Source: Squalus acanthias (Eukaryota). From it: 64,000 nt of DNA. The translations under genes were made by a program, and so were the position numbers. Below the pieces are notes generated by a model. That model saw only the letters and a program-made list of their open reading frames with translations, had not been told where the DNA came from and searched no databases. Positions 1-12,328 of the stretch are shown here, one piece after another. Location of the stretch: contig CM059425.1 of the NCBI GenBank assembly GCA_030390025.1, forward strand, positions 168,270,001 to 168,334,000, written 5' to 3'. Within the stretch, counting starts at the first letter, position 1. Every line of letters begins with the position of its first letter.

Positions 1-2
1 AT

Positions 3-1196
3 GAACACAATGGAGAGATACATGAGGACTTTCTCTTTTGTAAATCGTTGCCCACTCGCTCAACTGCAGAGGCTATTTTTGGAATGTTGAACAGTTTCAT
101 TATTGAAAATGGGATTGATTGGTCAAAATGTGTCGGACTTGGCACAGATGGGGCCCGTGCGATGTTAGGCCAACACAGTGGGGTTGTTGCACATGTAAGA
201 GTAGTGGCTCCGCTAGCATCATCCATTCACTGCAGCATCCATAGGGAGGTGTTAGCTGCAAAGAAAATGCCTGCTGATCTCAAGACCATTTTGGAGGAAG
301 CCGTTAAAACTGTTAATTATATCAAGGCCCGTCCACTGAATTCGCGAATATTTGCAGCTATTTGTGACGAGATGGGCAGTGATCACCATCAACTACTTCT
401 GCACACCGAGGTCCGCTGGCTGTCCCGAGGAAAGGTACTCACTCGTCTTTTAGAGTTGCATGATGAGGTGAGAATTTTTTTACTGGACTCAAAGTTTGAA
501 CTTTCACATCGCTTCGGTGATTTTCAGTGGCTTGCCAAATTGGCATATATTTTCGATCACTTGAATGGTCTCAATCTGCGTCTTCAGGGAAAATCAGTGA
601 CATTCTTTCATGTGCAGGACAAAATAGAAGCGATGATCAAGAAAATAGAGATGTGGGCCAAACGACTTGAGCAGTCAAATTACAACTCGTTTGCGAATCT
701 GTCTGATTTTTTGGTCACGGCAGAGATGCAGCTTCCAAACAGTGTGAAACATATCATCAGAGAGCACCTCCAAAGTTTGAAAATAAACCTACGCGAGTAC
801 TTCCCTGTGCCTGACACAAAATTCAACTGGATACGAAATCCCAATGCGAGCCTTGATGATGACATCCTCGCAAGCCTGACCTCGACAGAGCAAGACAGCC
901 TTGTGGAACTGTCCTGTGACAGTGCTTTAAAACAGGATTTTTCTCGGCAATACCTGACTGACTTTTGGCTTAAAGTTACTTCGGAATATCCAGCACTGTC
1001 CGACAAGGCAGTAAAGTTTCTAATGCCTTTTCCCACAACCTACCTTTGCGAAACTGGATTTTCTGCGCTTGTCGCATTGAAGACCAAATACCGGAATAAA
1101 CTTCACGTTGAACCAAATCTCCGATTGAGACTGTCATCGCTGGAACCTGACATCCAGCGTTTGACGTCTGCAAAACAACATCAGCCTTCTCATTAG
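3..1196 (+). CDS. hAT (Charlie/Buster, ZBED5/SCAND3-like) transposase, C-terminal part; ORF open from the window edge
   Basis: The frame is open from base 3 (EHNGEIHEDFLFCKSLPTRST...). It carries hAT motifs GTDGA, HCSIHRE (CxxH), EVRWLSRG and the dimerisation-domain PFPTTYLCETGFS, and ends KQHQPSH*. Confidence 0.9.
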   Translation, partial: EHNGEIHEDFLFCKSLPTRSTAEAIFGMLNSFIIENGIDWSKCVGLGTDGARAMLGQHSGVVAHVRVVAPLASSIHCSIHREVLAAKKMPADLKTILEEAVKTVNYIKARPLNSRIFAAICDEMGSDHHQLLLHTEVRWLSRGKVLTRLLELHDEVRIFLLDSKFELSHRFGDFQWLAKLAYIFDHLNGLNLRLQGKSVTFFHVQDKIEAMIKKIEMWAKRLEQSNYNSFANLSDFLVTAEMQLPNSVKHIIREHLQSLKINLREYFPVPDTKFNWIRNPNASLDDDILASLTSTEQDSLVELSCDSALKQDFSRQYLTDFWLKVTSEYPALSDKAVKFLMPFPTTYLCETGFSALVALKTKYRNKLHVEPNLRLRLSSLEPDIQRLTSAKQHQPSH

Positions 1197-1374
1197 GTAA
1201 GTGTTATCTTTTCCCCACTGGTAGGCCTACTGCAGGTAAATGTGCTGTGACGAGTGCAATGTATTTGTGAGTGAGCATAATAAATGATTAGAAACAGCTG
1301 CATTTTTAATACCTGTTGATATATAAGTTTGACTCCCGTCAGCCATAGGCTATGTTAAAAATGTTTTAAACGGC

Positions 1375-1450
1375 TAGTGGTCCGTAAAAGCTTTTGATGA
1401 CGATGTAGTGGTCCGCATAAAGGAAAAGGTTGGGAACCGCTGTACTAGAT
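1375..1450 (+). mobile_element. 3' terminal inverted repeat of the hAT element plus putative 8-bp target site
   Basis: AAAAGGTTGGGAACCGCTG ends at 1442 (reverse complement CAGCGGTTCCCAACCTTTT, a Charlie-type TIR). It is followed by TACTAGAT (NNCTAGNN, Charlie-like target). TAGTGGTCCG is repeated twice subterminally. Confidence 0.8.
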
Positions 1451-1760
1451 GGTTCAAAGACTGAATTTATTTGACTTGAGTTGTTGCGAGTTTTTTATGG
1501 AGCTCCAAACAGTGAGAAGGACATCGATGAGCAAATTTGTTGGCAAATTTCAAAGGCATTTAACAAAAATAGTAATATTAGGAGACTTTAATTACCCTAA
1601 TATAGACTGGAAAATCATAGTGCTAAGGGTAGGGAAGGAGAAGAATGTCTGATATGTGCACTGGAGAACTTTCTTGATCAATACGTCTCCAGTCCAACAA
1701 GGAAGGAAGCAGTGTTGGATCTGGTTCTGGGAAATGAAGTAGGACAAGTGGAGTGTGTTA

Positions 1761-3020
1761 CCTGCATCACCTGCAATGGTTTCTCTTCCCGCTCCCGCAT
1801 CGTTACCTCTGGTGTCCCTTAAGGATCCATCCTTGGCCCCGTCCTAATTCTCATCTATATGCTGCCGCTCGGCGACCTCATCCAAAAACACAGCGTCAGT
1901 TTCCACATGTACGCTGATGACACCCAGCTCTACCTCACCACCACTTCTCTCGACCCCTCCACGGTCTCTAAATTGTCAGACTGCTTGTCCAACATCCAGT
2001 ACTGGATGAGCAGAAACTTCCTCTAATTAAATATTGGGAAGACCAAAGCCATTGTCTTAGGTCCCCGCCACAAACTCCATTCCCTAGGCACCGACTCCAT
2101 CCCTCTCCCTAGCATCTGTCTAAGGCTGAACCAGATTGCACAACCTTGGTGCCATATTTGACCCTGAAATGAGCTTCCGACCACCAATGTTCCGTATAAG
2201 GTGCACGGCTCTCTGCCGGTCCCGCGCAGCCTGGGACCGGCTTTTTCAATGTAAAGTTGCGCAAAAACCTGAATGGGCCGCACAGTCCCTTAAAGGGGTC
2301 GCGCACCCAAAAAATAAGAGGGAACATTGCCGACCACATAACTGCACCATAACTAAGACTGCCTATTTCCACTTCCGTATCATCGCCCATCTCCACTCTT
2401 GCCTCAGCTCATCTGCTGCTGAAACCCTCATCTATGCCTTTGTTACCTCTAGACTTGATTATTCCAAAGCACTCCTGGCTGGCCTCCCACATTCTACCCT
2501 ACGCAAACTTGAGGTCATCCAAAACTTGGCTGCCTGTGTCCTGACTCGCACCAAGTCCCATTCACCCATCACCCCTGTGCTCGCTGACCTACATTGGCTC
2601 CCTGTTAACCAAGGCCTCGATTTTAATATTTTCATCCTTGTTTTCAAATCCCTCCATGGCCTCGCCCCTCCCTATCTCTGTAATCTTCTCCAGCCCCACA
2701 ACCCCCGAGATATCTGCACTCCTCTAATTCTGGCCTCTTGAGCATCCTTGATTTTAATCACTCAACCATTGGTGGCTATGCCTTTGGCTGCCTCGGACCT
2801 AAGCTCTGGAATTCCCTCCCTAAACCTCTCCGCCTCTCTACTTCTCTTTCCTCCTTTAAGACGTTCCTTAAAACCTACCTCTTTGACCAAGCTTTTGGCC
2901 ATCTGCCCTAATTTCTCCTTACGTGGTTCAGTGTCAAATTCTGTTTTATAACACTGCTGTGAAATGCCTGGGGACGTTTTACTACGTTAAAGGCGCTATA
3001 TAAATACAAGTTGTTGTTGC
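1761..3020 (+). mobile_element. L2 LINE 3' fragment inserted into CR1
   Basis: RT motifs GSILGP and MYADDTQLY, then AFVTSRLDYS..LHWLP, and the L2-type 3' end GGCGCTATATAAATACAAGTTGTTGTTG. The CR1 sequence resumes after it. Confidence 0.88.
2185..2329. mobile_element. 145-bp hAT-type MITE with 8-bp TSD
   Basis: TIRs CAATGTTCC...GGAACATTG are flanked by the perfect direct repeat CCGACCAC (2177-2184, 2330-2337). It interrupts the L2 sequence. Confidence 0.88.
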
Positions 3021-4112
3021 TGTCATTACAGTAGGAGATCATCTAGCTAACAGTGACCACAACACAATTCAGTTTAAAGTAATTATGGAAAGAGACCAGA
3101 AAATATCAAAGGTAATAATGCTCAACTGGGGAAAAGCTAATTTCAGTGATTTAAGAAGGGACCTAGCACAGCTAGATTGGAAAAGGCGATTGCAGGTTAA
3201 GCAGTAACAGAGCAATGGAGGGCATTCAGGGAAGAGAGAGTTCAGGTACAAACTAGGTATATTCCTTTAAAGGGAAAAGGTAAGCATCCAAAGCTAATGC
3301 GCCCTGGATGACAAAAGAAATAAAAGTTAAAATAAAACAGGAAAAGGAGGCTTATGACAAATATCAGGAGCAGAATTCAGTTAATAACCAGGAAGATTAT
3401 GGAAAGTTCAGGAGGGAATTGAAAAAGTTAATACTGGAGGCAAAGAGAGGTTGCGAGAAAAGATTAGCAGGCAACATTAAATTGAACTCTAAAACTTTTT
3501 ATAAACATATAAAGTGTAAGCGGTTTGCTCGAGAGAAAGTTGGGCCTATTAAGGACTCAAAGGGAAATCTTCATGTGGAGGCAGAGGACATGGCAAAAGT
3601 ATTAAATGAGTATTTTGTCTGTCTTCACAAAGGAAGCGGATGATGTGAAGGTTACACTTAGAAGAGAAGGAAGTTATGGAAAGGATAGTAATAGAGAAGA
3701 CGTACTAAAAAGATTAGCATTACTGAAAGTTGGTAAGTCACCTGGCCCAGATGAAATGCATCCTAGGTTACTGAAAGAAGCAAAGGTAGAAATAGCAGAG
3801 ACATTGGTCACAATCTTTCAATCCTCATTGGATAAAGGAGTAGTGCCAGAGGACTGGAGGGTTGCTAATGTTATACTACTATTCAAGAAAGGGGAGAGGG
3901 ATAAATCAGGAAACTACAGGCCAGTCAGCCTAACATTGGTGGTGGGGAAGTTATTGGAAACCATTATCAGGGACAAAATAAACTTTCATTTGGAATGGCA
4001 TGGGTTAATCAAAGAGAGCCAGCATTTTTGTTAAAGGTAAATCATGTCTGAATTCTTTGACGAGGTAACAGAGAAGGTTGATTAAGGTAGTGCAGTAGAT
4101 GTTGTATATAGA

Positions 4113-5715
4113 GGCCCGAAAATTAAACCTAATACGCGAGAGTACGCACTGTGTACTCTCGCGTTTTAGGTCTCCAATTGCCGGTTTCCTGCATGCACTG
4201 CGCATGCGCGGGAAACCGGCACTTCGTGAATTCAAAAGGGGGCAGTTCCTAAGTGAACCGCGTGCGCGCTACAGGCTGCGCGCACGCAGTGCACTTAGTG
4301 CTTTGAACGCGCAGGTAAGCATGGAAGATTTTACACATAAAGAAAGGAGGTGTAAGACCCTCTTTTAACAAGGTAAGTAGTTAATTAAGTATTATTTTTA
4401 AAAAATGTCAACAGGTTTATCTTTTTTAGAGACTTTAAAGAAAGGTAAGTTTATTTTTATAACTTTTAAAAAGATTTTAAATTTATTTAACTATACTTAT
4501 TTTATTAATGTGATGGCTTTTTTTTAAATTTAATTGAGGTTTAGCTGTTCTTTTGGGGGGGGTGTAGGATTCATAGCTTTGACAGCCCTTGCTGTTAAAA
4601 CTATGAATGAAAGATGGTGTGCTGCCATTGGCTCTAACTGAATCACGTGATCCCAGAGCTCGCACGAACTAATTGCGTCTCTGGGTCACGCAAGCACTGC
4701 ACAGCTGCAGCCTTGAAACTAAAGTTCGTGTGGGCCCGGAGGAAAAAGGTAGGCGTGGAGTGAGATATCGCGGGGAAGCCTTAACCCCGCGTGAACACTC
4801 AGGGGTAGAAATGAAGTCGCGCCCCATTTGGGGCGCAAATATCGTCTGGACGCAAATATTAGCGCCTGGCGCTAATTATCGGCACTGACTGGAAACTTCA
4901 CTTTTACCGCCCCGGGAGGTGATTGGAGCGCTAAAGCAGGCGCTGCACACCTGTCTTAAGGCGCAAAGGCCAAGGAGTGAGGCACTAACTCAGAGCGCTG
5001 GCGAAGCTCATGTAATGTCAGTCAGCAATGGAACACACACACAATGGCACGGGCCAGTTCTTAAAGGGGATGGTTAATCTTGCTTTCCATCCACATCCTG
5101 TTCATTGCAGCCTTGAATCTCGGCCTGGAGAGACTTGCACATCAAATGTGCTGGAAAGAACAATGGAGAGTACCAGGCAAAGAGCTCAGAGTGCAGCTCC
5201 CACAGTCTCTGCTAAATCGATACAAGGAATGGCAAATCAAAATGAACCTGCAAAGTGCTGCTCAGTACCCAAAACTCCTTCCCACAACGTTGAATCTCTC
5301 CAGAAGTCTCTTCCTCTCTCTCTCAGAATGCGTAGTTCAAAAATGCCACCAACAATAAAAGACAGGAAGAGGCCCCCTTTAAATAGCGCTCCCCCCAGCC
5401 CCACAGCGATTGATAGCGTTCCAGTCTTCTGGTCGTTGCTAGCGTCAGGCGGTAAGGCAGGGGGCGCCACTCAATTTCCGCTCCGGGGCGCCACAAGGGC
5501 GTTGCACCATGGAATGACGTCACAATCTGCGCGCGCAGGTGGTCGCAGCGGTAAGTTTTAGCGCCGCCGCACAATCTCAAGTTAAGTTCTCGAGCGCCGC
5601 AAACATCGCTGCGCCCGGGCGTTAGCGGCTTTGCGCCCCATTAGCGCCCTCTTAAGGCGCTAACGGGAGGTGCAACCAACTGAATTTTTACCCCTCAGTG
5701 TTTAATTTCTGGGCC
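4113..5715 (+). mobile_element. Harbinger-type MITE (GC-rich ends, AT-rich core) containing a second nested MITE
   Basis: Ends GGCCCGAAAATTAA / TTAATTTCTGGGCC interrupt CR1 at VVY|MDF. It is homologous to 13885-14623 and 30504-31270 (reverse). Confidence 0.8.
4802..5694. mobile_element. Non-autonomous Harbinger element with TCA TSD
   Basis: TIRs GGGGTAGAAAT / AATTTTTACCCC; TCA duplicated at 4799-4801 and 5695-5697. A related copy lies at 59376-59957. Confidence 0.8.
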
Positions 5716-8217
5716 ATGGACTTTCATTAGCCATTCGACAACGTGCCACACAGAAGGCTTATTAAGAAGATGGAAGCCCATGGAATTAAGGAGAAAGTGG
5801 CGGTACGGATACAAAATTGGCTCAGTGGCAGGAAGCAAAGGATGGTGGATGGATGTTTTTCAGACTGGGTGGTGGTTTGCAGTGGTGTTTCCCAAGGGTC
5901 AATTTTGGGTCCATTACTCTTTGCAATTTTTATAAATGACCTGGACTCGGGTGTAGGGAGCAGCATTATAAAGTTTGCAGATGATACGAAACTTGGCAAA
6001 GTAAGTAGATCATGATGAGGATAGTTAAAAGCTTTAGGCTGACATAGACAGGGTGGTGAAATGGACAGAAGCATGGCAAATGGAGTATGAAGTGATGCAC
6101 TTTGAAGGGACAGTATACTATAAATGGCACGTTTTTGAAAAGTGTAGATGAGCAGAGAGACCTTGGTATCCATATATACAAATCCTTAATGGTGGCAGGG
6201 CAAATTGATAAGGTGGTCAAAGAAATATATTGGTTACTTGGCTTTATAAATAGAAGAATGGAATATAAAAGCAAAAAGATCATGCTAGAATTTTATAAAT
6301 CACTGGTTAGGCCTCAGTGGGAGTATTTTGGACAATTCTGGGCACCACACTTCAGGAAAGATGTAGAGACATTAGAAAGGGTACAAGAGGAGATTTACCA
6401 GGATGTTACCAAGGATGAGGGACTTCAGTTATGAGGAAAGGTTGGAAAAGTTAGGACTGTTCTCCTTGGAACAGAGAAGGTTAAGAGGTGACCTAATAGA
6501 GGATTTCAAGATGATGACAGGTTTTGATAGAGTAAATAAGGAAAAAATATTCCCTCTGGCGAGTGGGTCAATAACTAGAGGTCATAGATTCAAAATCATT
6601 GCAAAAGATATAGAGGGGAGATGAGGAGAATTTTTTTCACTCAGAGTTGTCGGGATCTGGAACGCTCTACCTGAAAGTGTGATGGAAGCTGATTCCATAA
6701 ATAATTTTAAAACAGTGTTGGCCAGGTACTTGAGGATGAGCAATTTACAGGGTTACGGACAAAAAGCGGGGATGTGGGACTAAGCACGACGGCTCTTTCA
6801 AAGAGCCAGCACAAGCACAATGGGCCGAATGGCCTCCTTCTGTGCTGTAAGTTTCTATGAATCTTCTATGAATCATGTGGCCATGGCACCAGCAGCGGTG
6901 CACATTGCTGCCCGGGATGGGCTCATCATGGCAAGACTTAGTTAGGTTGCACCACTGCACCCATCTGGCAGCAACATGCTGAACACACTTGCCCCGCCCT
7001 CCCCCACCCACCCAGCACAAAGCAGTCCTGCAATCAACAAAGCATTCCTTTCACAGACACCCATTGCTCAGATTTAAGTCTTGTCTTACCATTCATCAAA
7101 ACTGAGAAGGCCAGTTGCCAGGCTGCAGGCAAAAATGGGCAAAATGGAAAAGTGGTGCAAAGATTTTATATGTGGCTCAAAACTTACACATAAACTTATC
7201 AGTGTAACATGTCTAACACACCCACATGCATACCCTTGTGCAACTACTAATCTTACATCTTCCTTTTCCTACAACTCCTACGTCGTGCAACCCCTGTGGC
7301 TTCAACAGAGGTAGAGGCAGGCTGCTCACATACCTGTTCTGACTGCTGAGATGCTCTTGGCCAACGTCCTCTGGGTTTTGGAACCTATGAGAGCCCCGCC
7401 AAAGACTGCTCCTCCTGCCCCTGTTCAGGGGCAGACTCGACCAGCAGGACACGAGGCAGCATGTGGGGTACTGACTGAAGGGATGGGGGAGCAATGGGTG
7501 AGAAGTGGAAGCACTTTGAGCAGCGTCCCCTCTTCTATGTCCCCTTTCTCCATCTTCCCTCTCATGGCCCACACGCACTTCCCTGCTAGCAATGAACCGG
7601 GGAGCACTTTGCTGCACTGCAGTGGGGCGCTGAACGGCCAAGGCTAGGTTTTGATCTATACCAGTTAAGGTGGCATTCAAAGTGCGCAAGCCATTGGTGA
7701 GGGCAAGCATGCACTCGTTTGACTGCCGCGTTTGATGCTTCATGCAGGTGGCCTGCTTTCCATGGATGAACACATCATAGCTAAGGCCTGCCACTCATGC
7801 TTGAGACGGAATCCTCCATTCTCCAAGCGTGCATAGTGCAGCTGGAAATCCTGCCAGAGCCTCACACATTTTTTGCTGCTGTATCCACTTTTTCAATGGC
7901 CCCCAAGGTTCAGCATCTGCATCCAGCTGAGCAGAGCTTGACACATCCTGCACCCTCTGACAAGGACTTTCCACTGCTGTCCCTGTCTCAACCATCTGCT
8001 CTTGCTCACAACTATCTGTCTTGCTGCTCCCACCGGCGTGTGTGTATCTGAGCTGGTGCATGTTGTGCATGAGTCCGGTGACGGTGCACCCTCAGAGTGA
8101 GTAACCTCCCCCGAGGAGTCATCGTCCTCCTCCAGCACCACCTCCTGTGGGACACTTGATGGGCCTGTGGGAGATTAAAGACATGAATTAAAACTGTCAT
8201 GGTAATAATGTTTTACA

Positions 8218-11200
8218 GGGAACGGTAGCATAGTGGTAATGTCACTGGGCTAGTAATCCAGGGAAGGAAATCTGCCGTCCTTACCTGGTCTGGCCTATAT
8301 GTGACTCCAGACCCACAGCAATGTGGTTGACTCTTAACTGCCCTCTGAAATGGCCCAGCAAGTCACTCAGTTGTAACTAACCGCTACGAAACACAATAAG
8401 AATGAAACCGGACGGACCACCTGGCATCGACCTCGGCACCGGCTACGGACACGGCAACGGCACACCGAGCCCAGTCAACCCTGCAAAGTCCTCCTCCAAA
8501 ATTGGGAGAGCTGTCCCACAGACTAGTCAAGCAACAGTCTGACACAGTCATACTCACAAAATCATACCTTTCAGCCAATGTCCCAAACTCCTCCATCACC
8601 ATCCCGGTATGTCCTGTCCCACCAGCAGGATAGACCCACCACAGTCGGGAAGGAGTGGCCCTGGGAGTCCTCAACATTGAGTCCGAACCCCATGAAGTCT
8701 CATGGCGTCAGGTCAAGTATGGGCAAGGAAACCTTCTGCTGATTACCACCTACCGCCCTCCCTCAGCTGATGAATCAGTACTCCTCCATGTTGAACATCA
8801 CTTGGAAGAAGCACTGAGAGTAGCAAGGACACAGAATGTACTCTGGGTGGGGGACTTCAATGTCCATCACCAAGAGTGGCTCGGTAGCACCACTACTGAC
8901 CGAGCTGGCCGAGTCCTGAAGGACATAACTGCCAGTCTGGGTCTGCGACTGGTGGCGAGAGCCAACACGAGGGAAAAACCTACTTGACCTCATCCTCACC
9001 AATCTACCTGTCGCAGATGCATCTGTCCCTAACAGCATTGGTAGCAGTAACCATCGCACAGTCATTGTGGAGACGAAGTCTCATCTTCACACTGAGAACA
9101 CCCTCCATCGTGTTAAATGGGACAGATTCAGAACAGATCTAGCAGCTCAAAACTGGGCATCCATCAGGTGCTGTGGGGCATCAGCAGCAGCTGAATTGTA
9201 TTCCACCACAATCTGTAACCTCACGGCCCGGCATATCCCTCACTCTACCATTACCATCAAGCCAGGGGACCAACCCTGGTTCAATAAGCAGTGTAGAGGA
9301 GCATGCCAGGAGCAGCACCAGGCATACCTAAAAATGAGGTGCCAACCTGGGGAAGCTGCGACACAGGACTACATGCATGCTAAAAAGTGGAAGCAGCATG
9401 CTACAGACAGGGCTAAGCGATCCCACAATCAACGGATCAGATCAAAGCTCTGCAGTCCTGCCACATCCAGTCGTGAATGGTGGTGGACCATTAAACAACT
9501 AATGGGAGGAGGAGGCTCCATGTATATCCCCATCCTCAATGAGTGCAAAAGACAAGGCTGAAGCGTTTGCAACCATCTACAGCCAGAAGTGCCGAGTGGA
9601 TAATCCATATCGGCCTACTCCCAAGGTCCCCACCATCACAGAAGGCAGTCTTCAGCCAATTCGATTCACTCCACGTGATAGCAAGAAACGGCTGAGCGCA
9701 CTGGATAGAGCAAAGGCTATGGGCCCTGACAACATCCCGGCTATCGTGCTGAAGACTTGTGCTCCATAACCAGCCGCGCCTCTAGCCAAGCTGTTCCAGT
9801 ACAGCTACAACATTGGCATCTATCCGACAATGTGGAAAACTGCCCAGGTATGTCCTGTCCACAAAATGCAGGACAAATCCAATCCAGCCAATTACCACGT
9901 CATCAGTCTACTCTCAATCATTAGCAAAGTGATGGAAGGTGTCATCGACAGTGCTATCAAGCGGCACTTATTCACCAATAACCTGCTCACTGATGCCCAG
10001 TTTGGGTTCTGCCAAGTCCACTCGGCTCCTGACCTCATTACAGCCTTGGTCCAAACATGGACAAAGGAGCTGAATTCCAGAGGTGAGATGAGAGTGACTG
10101 CCCTTGACATCAAGGCAGCATTTGACTGAGTATGGCATCAAGGAGCCCTAATAAAACTGAAATCAATGAGAATCAGGGGGAAAACGCTCCACTGGCTAGA
10201 GTCATACCAAGCACAAAGGAAGATGGTTGTGGTGGTTGAAGGTCAATCATCACAGCCCCAGGATATCGCTGCAGGAGTTCCTCAGGGCAGTGTCCTAGGC
10301 CCAACCATCTTCAGCTGCTTCATCAATGACCTTCCCTCCAACATAAGGTCAGAAATGGGGATGTTCGCTGATGACTGCAGTGTTCAGCGCCATTCACAAC
10401 ACCTCAGATAATGAAGCAGTCCAAGCCCGCATGCAACAAGACCTGCATGACATTCAAGCTTGGGCTGATAAGTGGCAGGTAACATTCGCGCCACAGAAGT
10501 GCCAGGCAATGACTATCTCCAACAAGCGAGAGTCTAACCACCTCCCCTTGACATTCAACGGTATTACCATCGCCGAATCCCCCACCATCAACATCCTGGG
10601 GGTCACCATTGACCAGAAACTTAACTGGACCAGACACATAAATACTGTGGCAACAAGAGCAGGTCAGAGGCTGGCTATCTCATAGAAGGCAGAGGGTGGT
10701 GGTGGATGGAGCATTTTCGGACTGGAGACCAGTTACCAGCGGTGTGCCACAGGGGTCGGTGCTGGGTCCTCTGCTGTTTGTGATTTTTATCAATGACTTG
10801 GAGGAGGGGACTGAAGGGTGGATCAGTAAATTTGCTGATGACACCAAGATTGGTGGAGCAGTGGATGAGGTGGAGGGCTGTTGTAGGCTGCAAAGAGACA
10901 TTGATAGGATGCAGAGCTGGGCCGAAAAATGGCAGATGGAATTTAACCCTGATAAGTGCGAGGTGATTCATTTTGGTAGGGCAAATTTGAATAAGGATTA
11001 CAGGGTCAACGGCAGGGTTCTGAGGAACGTGGAGGAACAGAGGGATCTGGGGGTTCATATCCACAGATCTCTGAAGGTTGCCACTCAAGTGGATAGAGCA
11101 GTAAAGAAGGCCTATGGTGTGTTGGCGTTTATTAACAGAGGGTTTGAGTTTAAGAACCGTGAGGTTATGCTGCAACTGTACAGGACCTTGGTGAGACCAC

Positions 11201-12328
11201 ATTTGGAATATTGTGTGCAGTTCTGGTCACCTCACTATAGGAAGGACGTGGAAGCATTGGAAAGAGTGCAAAGGAGATTTACCAGGATGCTGCCTGGTTT
11301 GGGGGGGAGGTCTTATGAGGAAAGATTGAGAGAGTTGGGGCTTTTCTCTTTAGAGCGGAGGAGGATGAGAGGCGACTTAATAGAGGTTTATAAGATGATG
11401 AGGGGGATAGATAGAGTGGATGTTCAGAGACTATTTCCTCGGGTAGAGGCAGCTGTTACAAGGGGGCATAACTATAAGGTGCATGGGGGGAGATATAGAA
11501 GGGATGTCCGAGGTAGATTCTTTACTCAGAGAGTGGTTGGGGTGTGGAATGGACTGCCTGCTGTGATAGTGGAGTCGGACACTTTAGGAACTTTCAAGCG
11601 GTTATTGGATAAGCACATGGAGCACACCAGAGTGATAGGGAGTGTGATAGCTTGATCTTGGTCTCGGACAATGCTCGGCACAACATCGAGGGCCGAAGGG
11701 CCTGTACTGTGCTGTACTGTTCTATGTTCTATGTTCTATTCTGTGGCGAGTGTCTCACCTCCTGTCTCCCCAAAGCCTTTCCACCATCTACAAGGCACAA
11801 GTAAGGAGTGTGATGGAATACTCTCCACTTGCCTGGATGAGTGCAGCTCCAACAACATTCAAGAAGCTCAACACCATCCAGGACAAAGCAGCCCGTTTGA
11901 TTGGCACCCCATCCACCACCTTAAACATTCACTCCCTCCACCACCGGTGTACTGTGGCTGCAGTGTGTACCATCTACAAGATGCACTGCAGCAACTCGCC
12001 AAGGCTTCTTCGGCAACATCTCCCAAACCCACGACCTCTTCCACCTAGAAGGACAAGGGCAGCAGGCGCATGGGAACACCATCACCTCCAAGTTCCCCTC
12101 CAAGTCACACACCATCCTGACTTAGAAGTATATCGCCGATCCTTCATCGTCGCTGGGTCAAAATCCTGGAACTCCCTACCTAACAGCACTGTGGGAGTAC
12201 CTTCACCACACAGACTGCAGCAGTTCAAGAAGGCGGCTCACCACCACCTTCTCAAGCGCAATTAGGGATGGGCAATAAATGTTGGTCTTGCCAGCAACGC
12301 CCACATCCATAAACGAATTAAAAAAAAG
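8218..12328 (+). mobile_element. Single-ORF LINE (APE endonuclease + RT; CR1/L2-group) with tRNA-like 5' head, decayed
   Basis: YRPPS, VGDFNVHHQEW, GPDNIP, QFGF, LDIKAAFD, PQGSVLGP, FADD, YKAQVRSVMEY. The 3' UTR CCCACATCC..GAAT is followed by poly(A). The 5' end reads GGTAGCATAGTGGTAATG..CTGGGCTAGTAATCCAG. Confidence 0.88.
10681..11738 (+). mobile_element. Young 5'-truncated CR1 LINE inserted into the preceding LINE
   Basis: Uninterrupted 319-aa RT C-terminal ORF (10696-11655; PQGSVLGP, FADDTK, LVRPHLEYCVQFW) followed by a 3' UTR and a (TTCTATG)n tail. The host LINE resumes at 11739. Confidence 0.93.

Larger units (their letters stand above)
1500..6868 (+). mobile_element. Decayed CR1 LINE ORF2 (APE endonuclease + RT), split by L2 and MITE insertions
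   Basis: Collinear fragments: ILGDFNYPNIDW (1570-1620), KSPGPDEMHPRLLKE/NYRPVSLT (3606-4034), QGSILGPLLF..KFADDTK (5743-6015), LVRPQWEY, and a 3' UTR ending TTTCTATGAATCTTCTATG. Confidence 0.9.

Noticed and set aside
2136..2741. 201-aa ORF as a gene
   Set aside because: It is a chimera of an L2 RT fragment and an inserted MITE.
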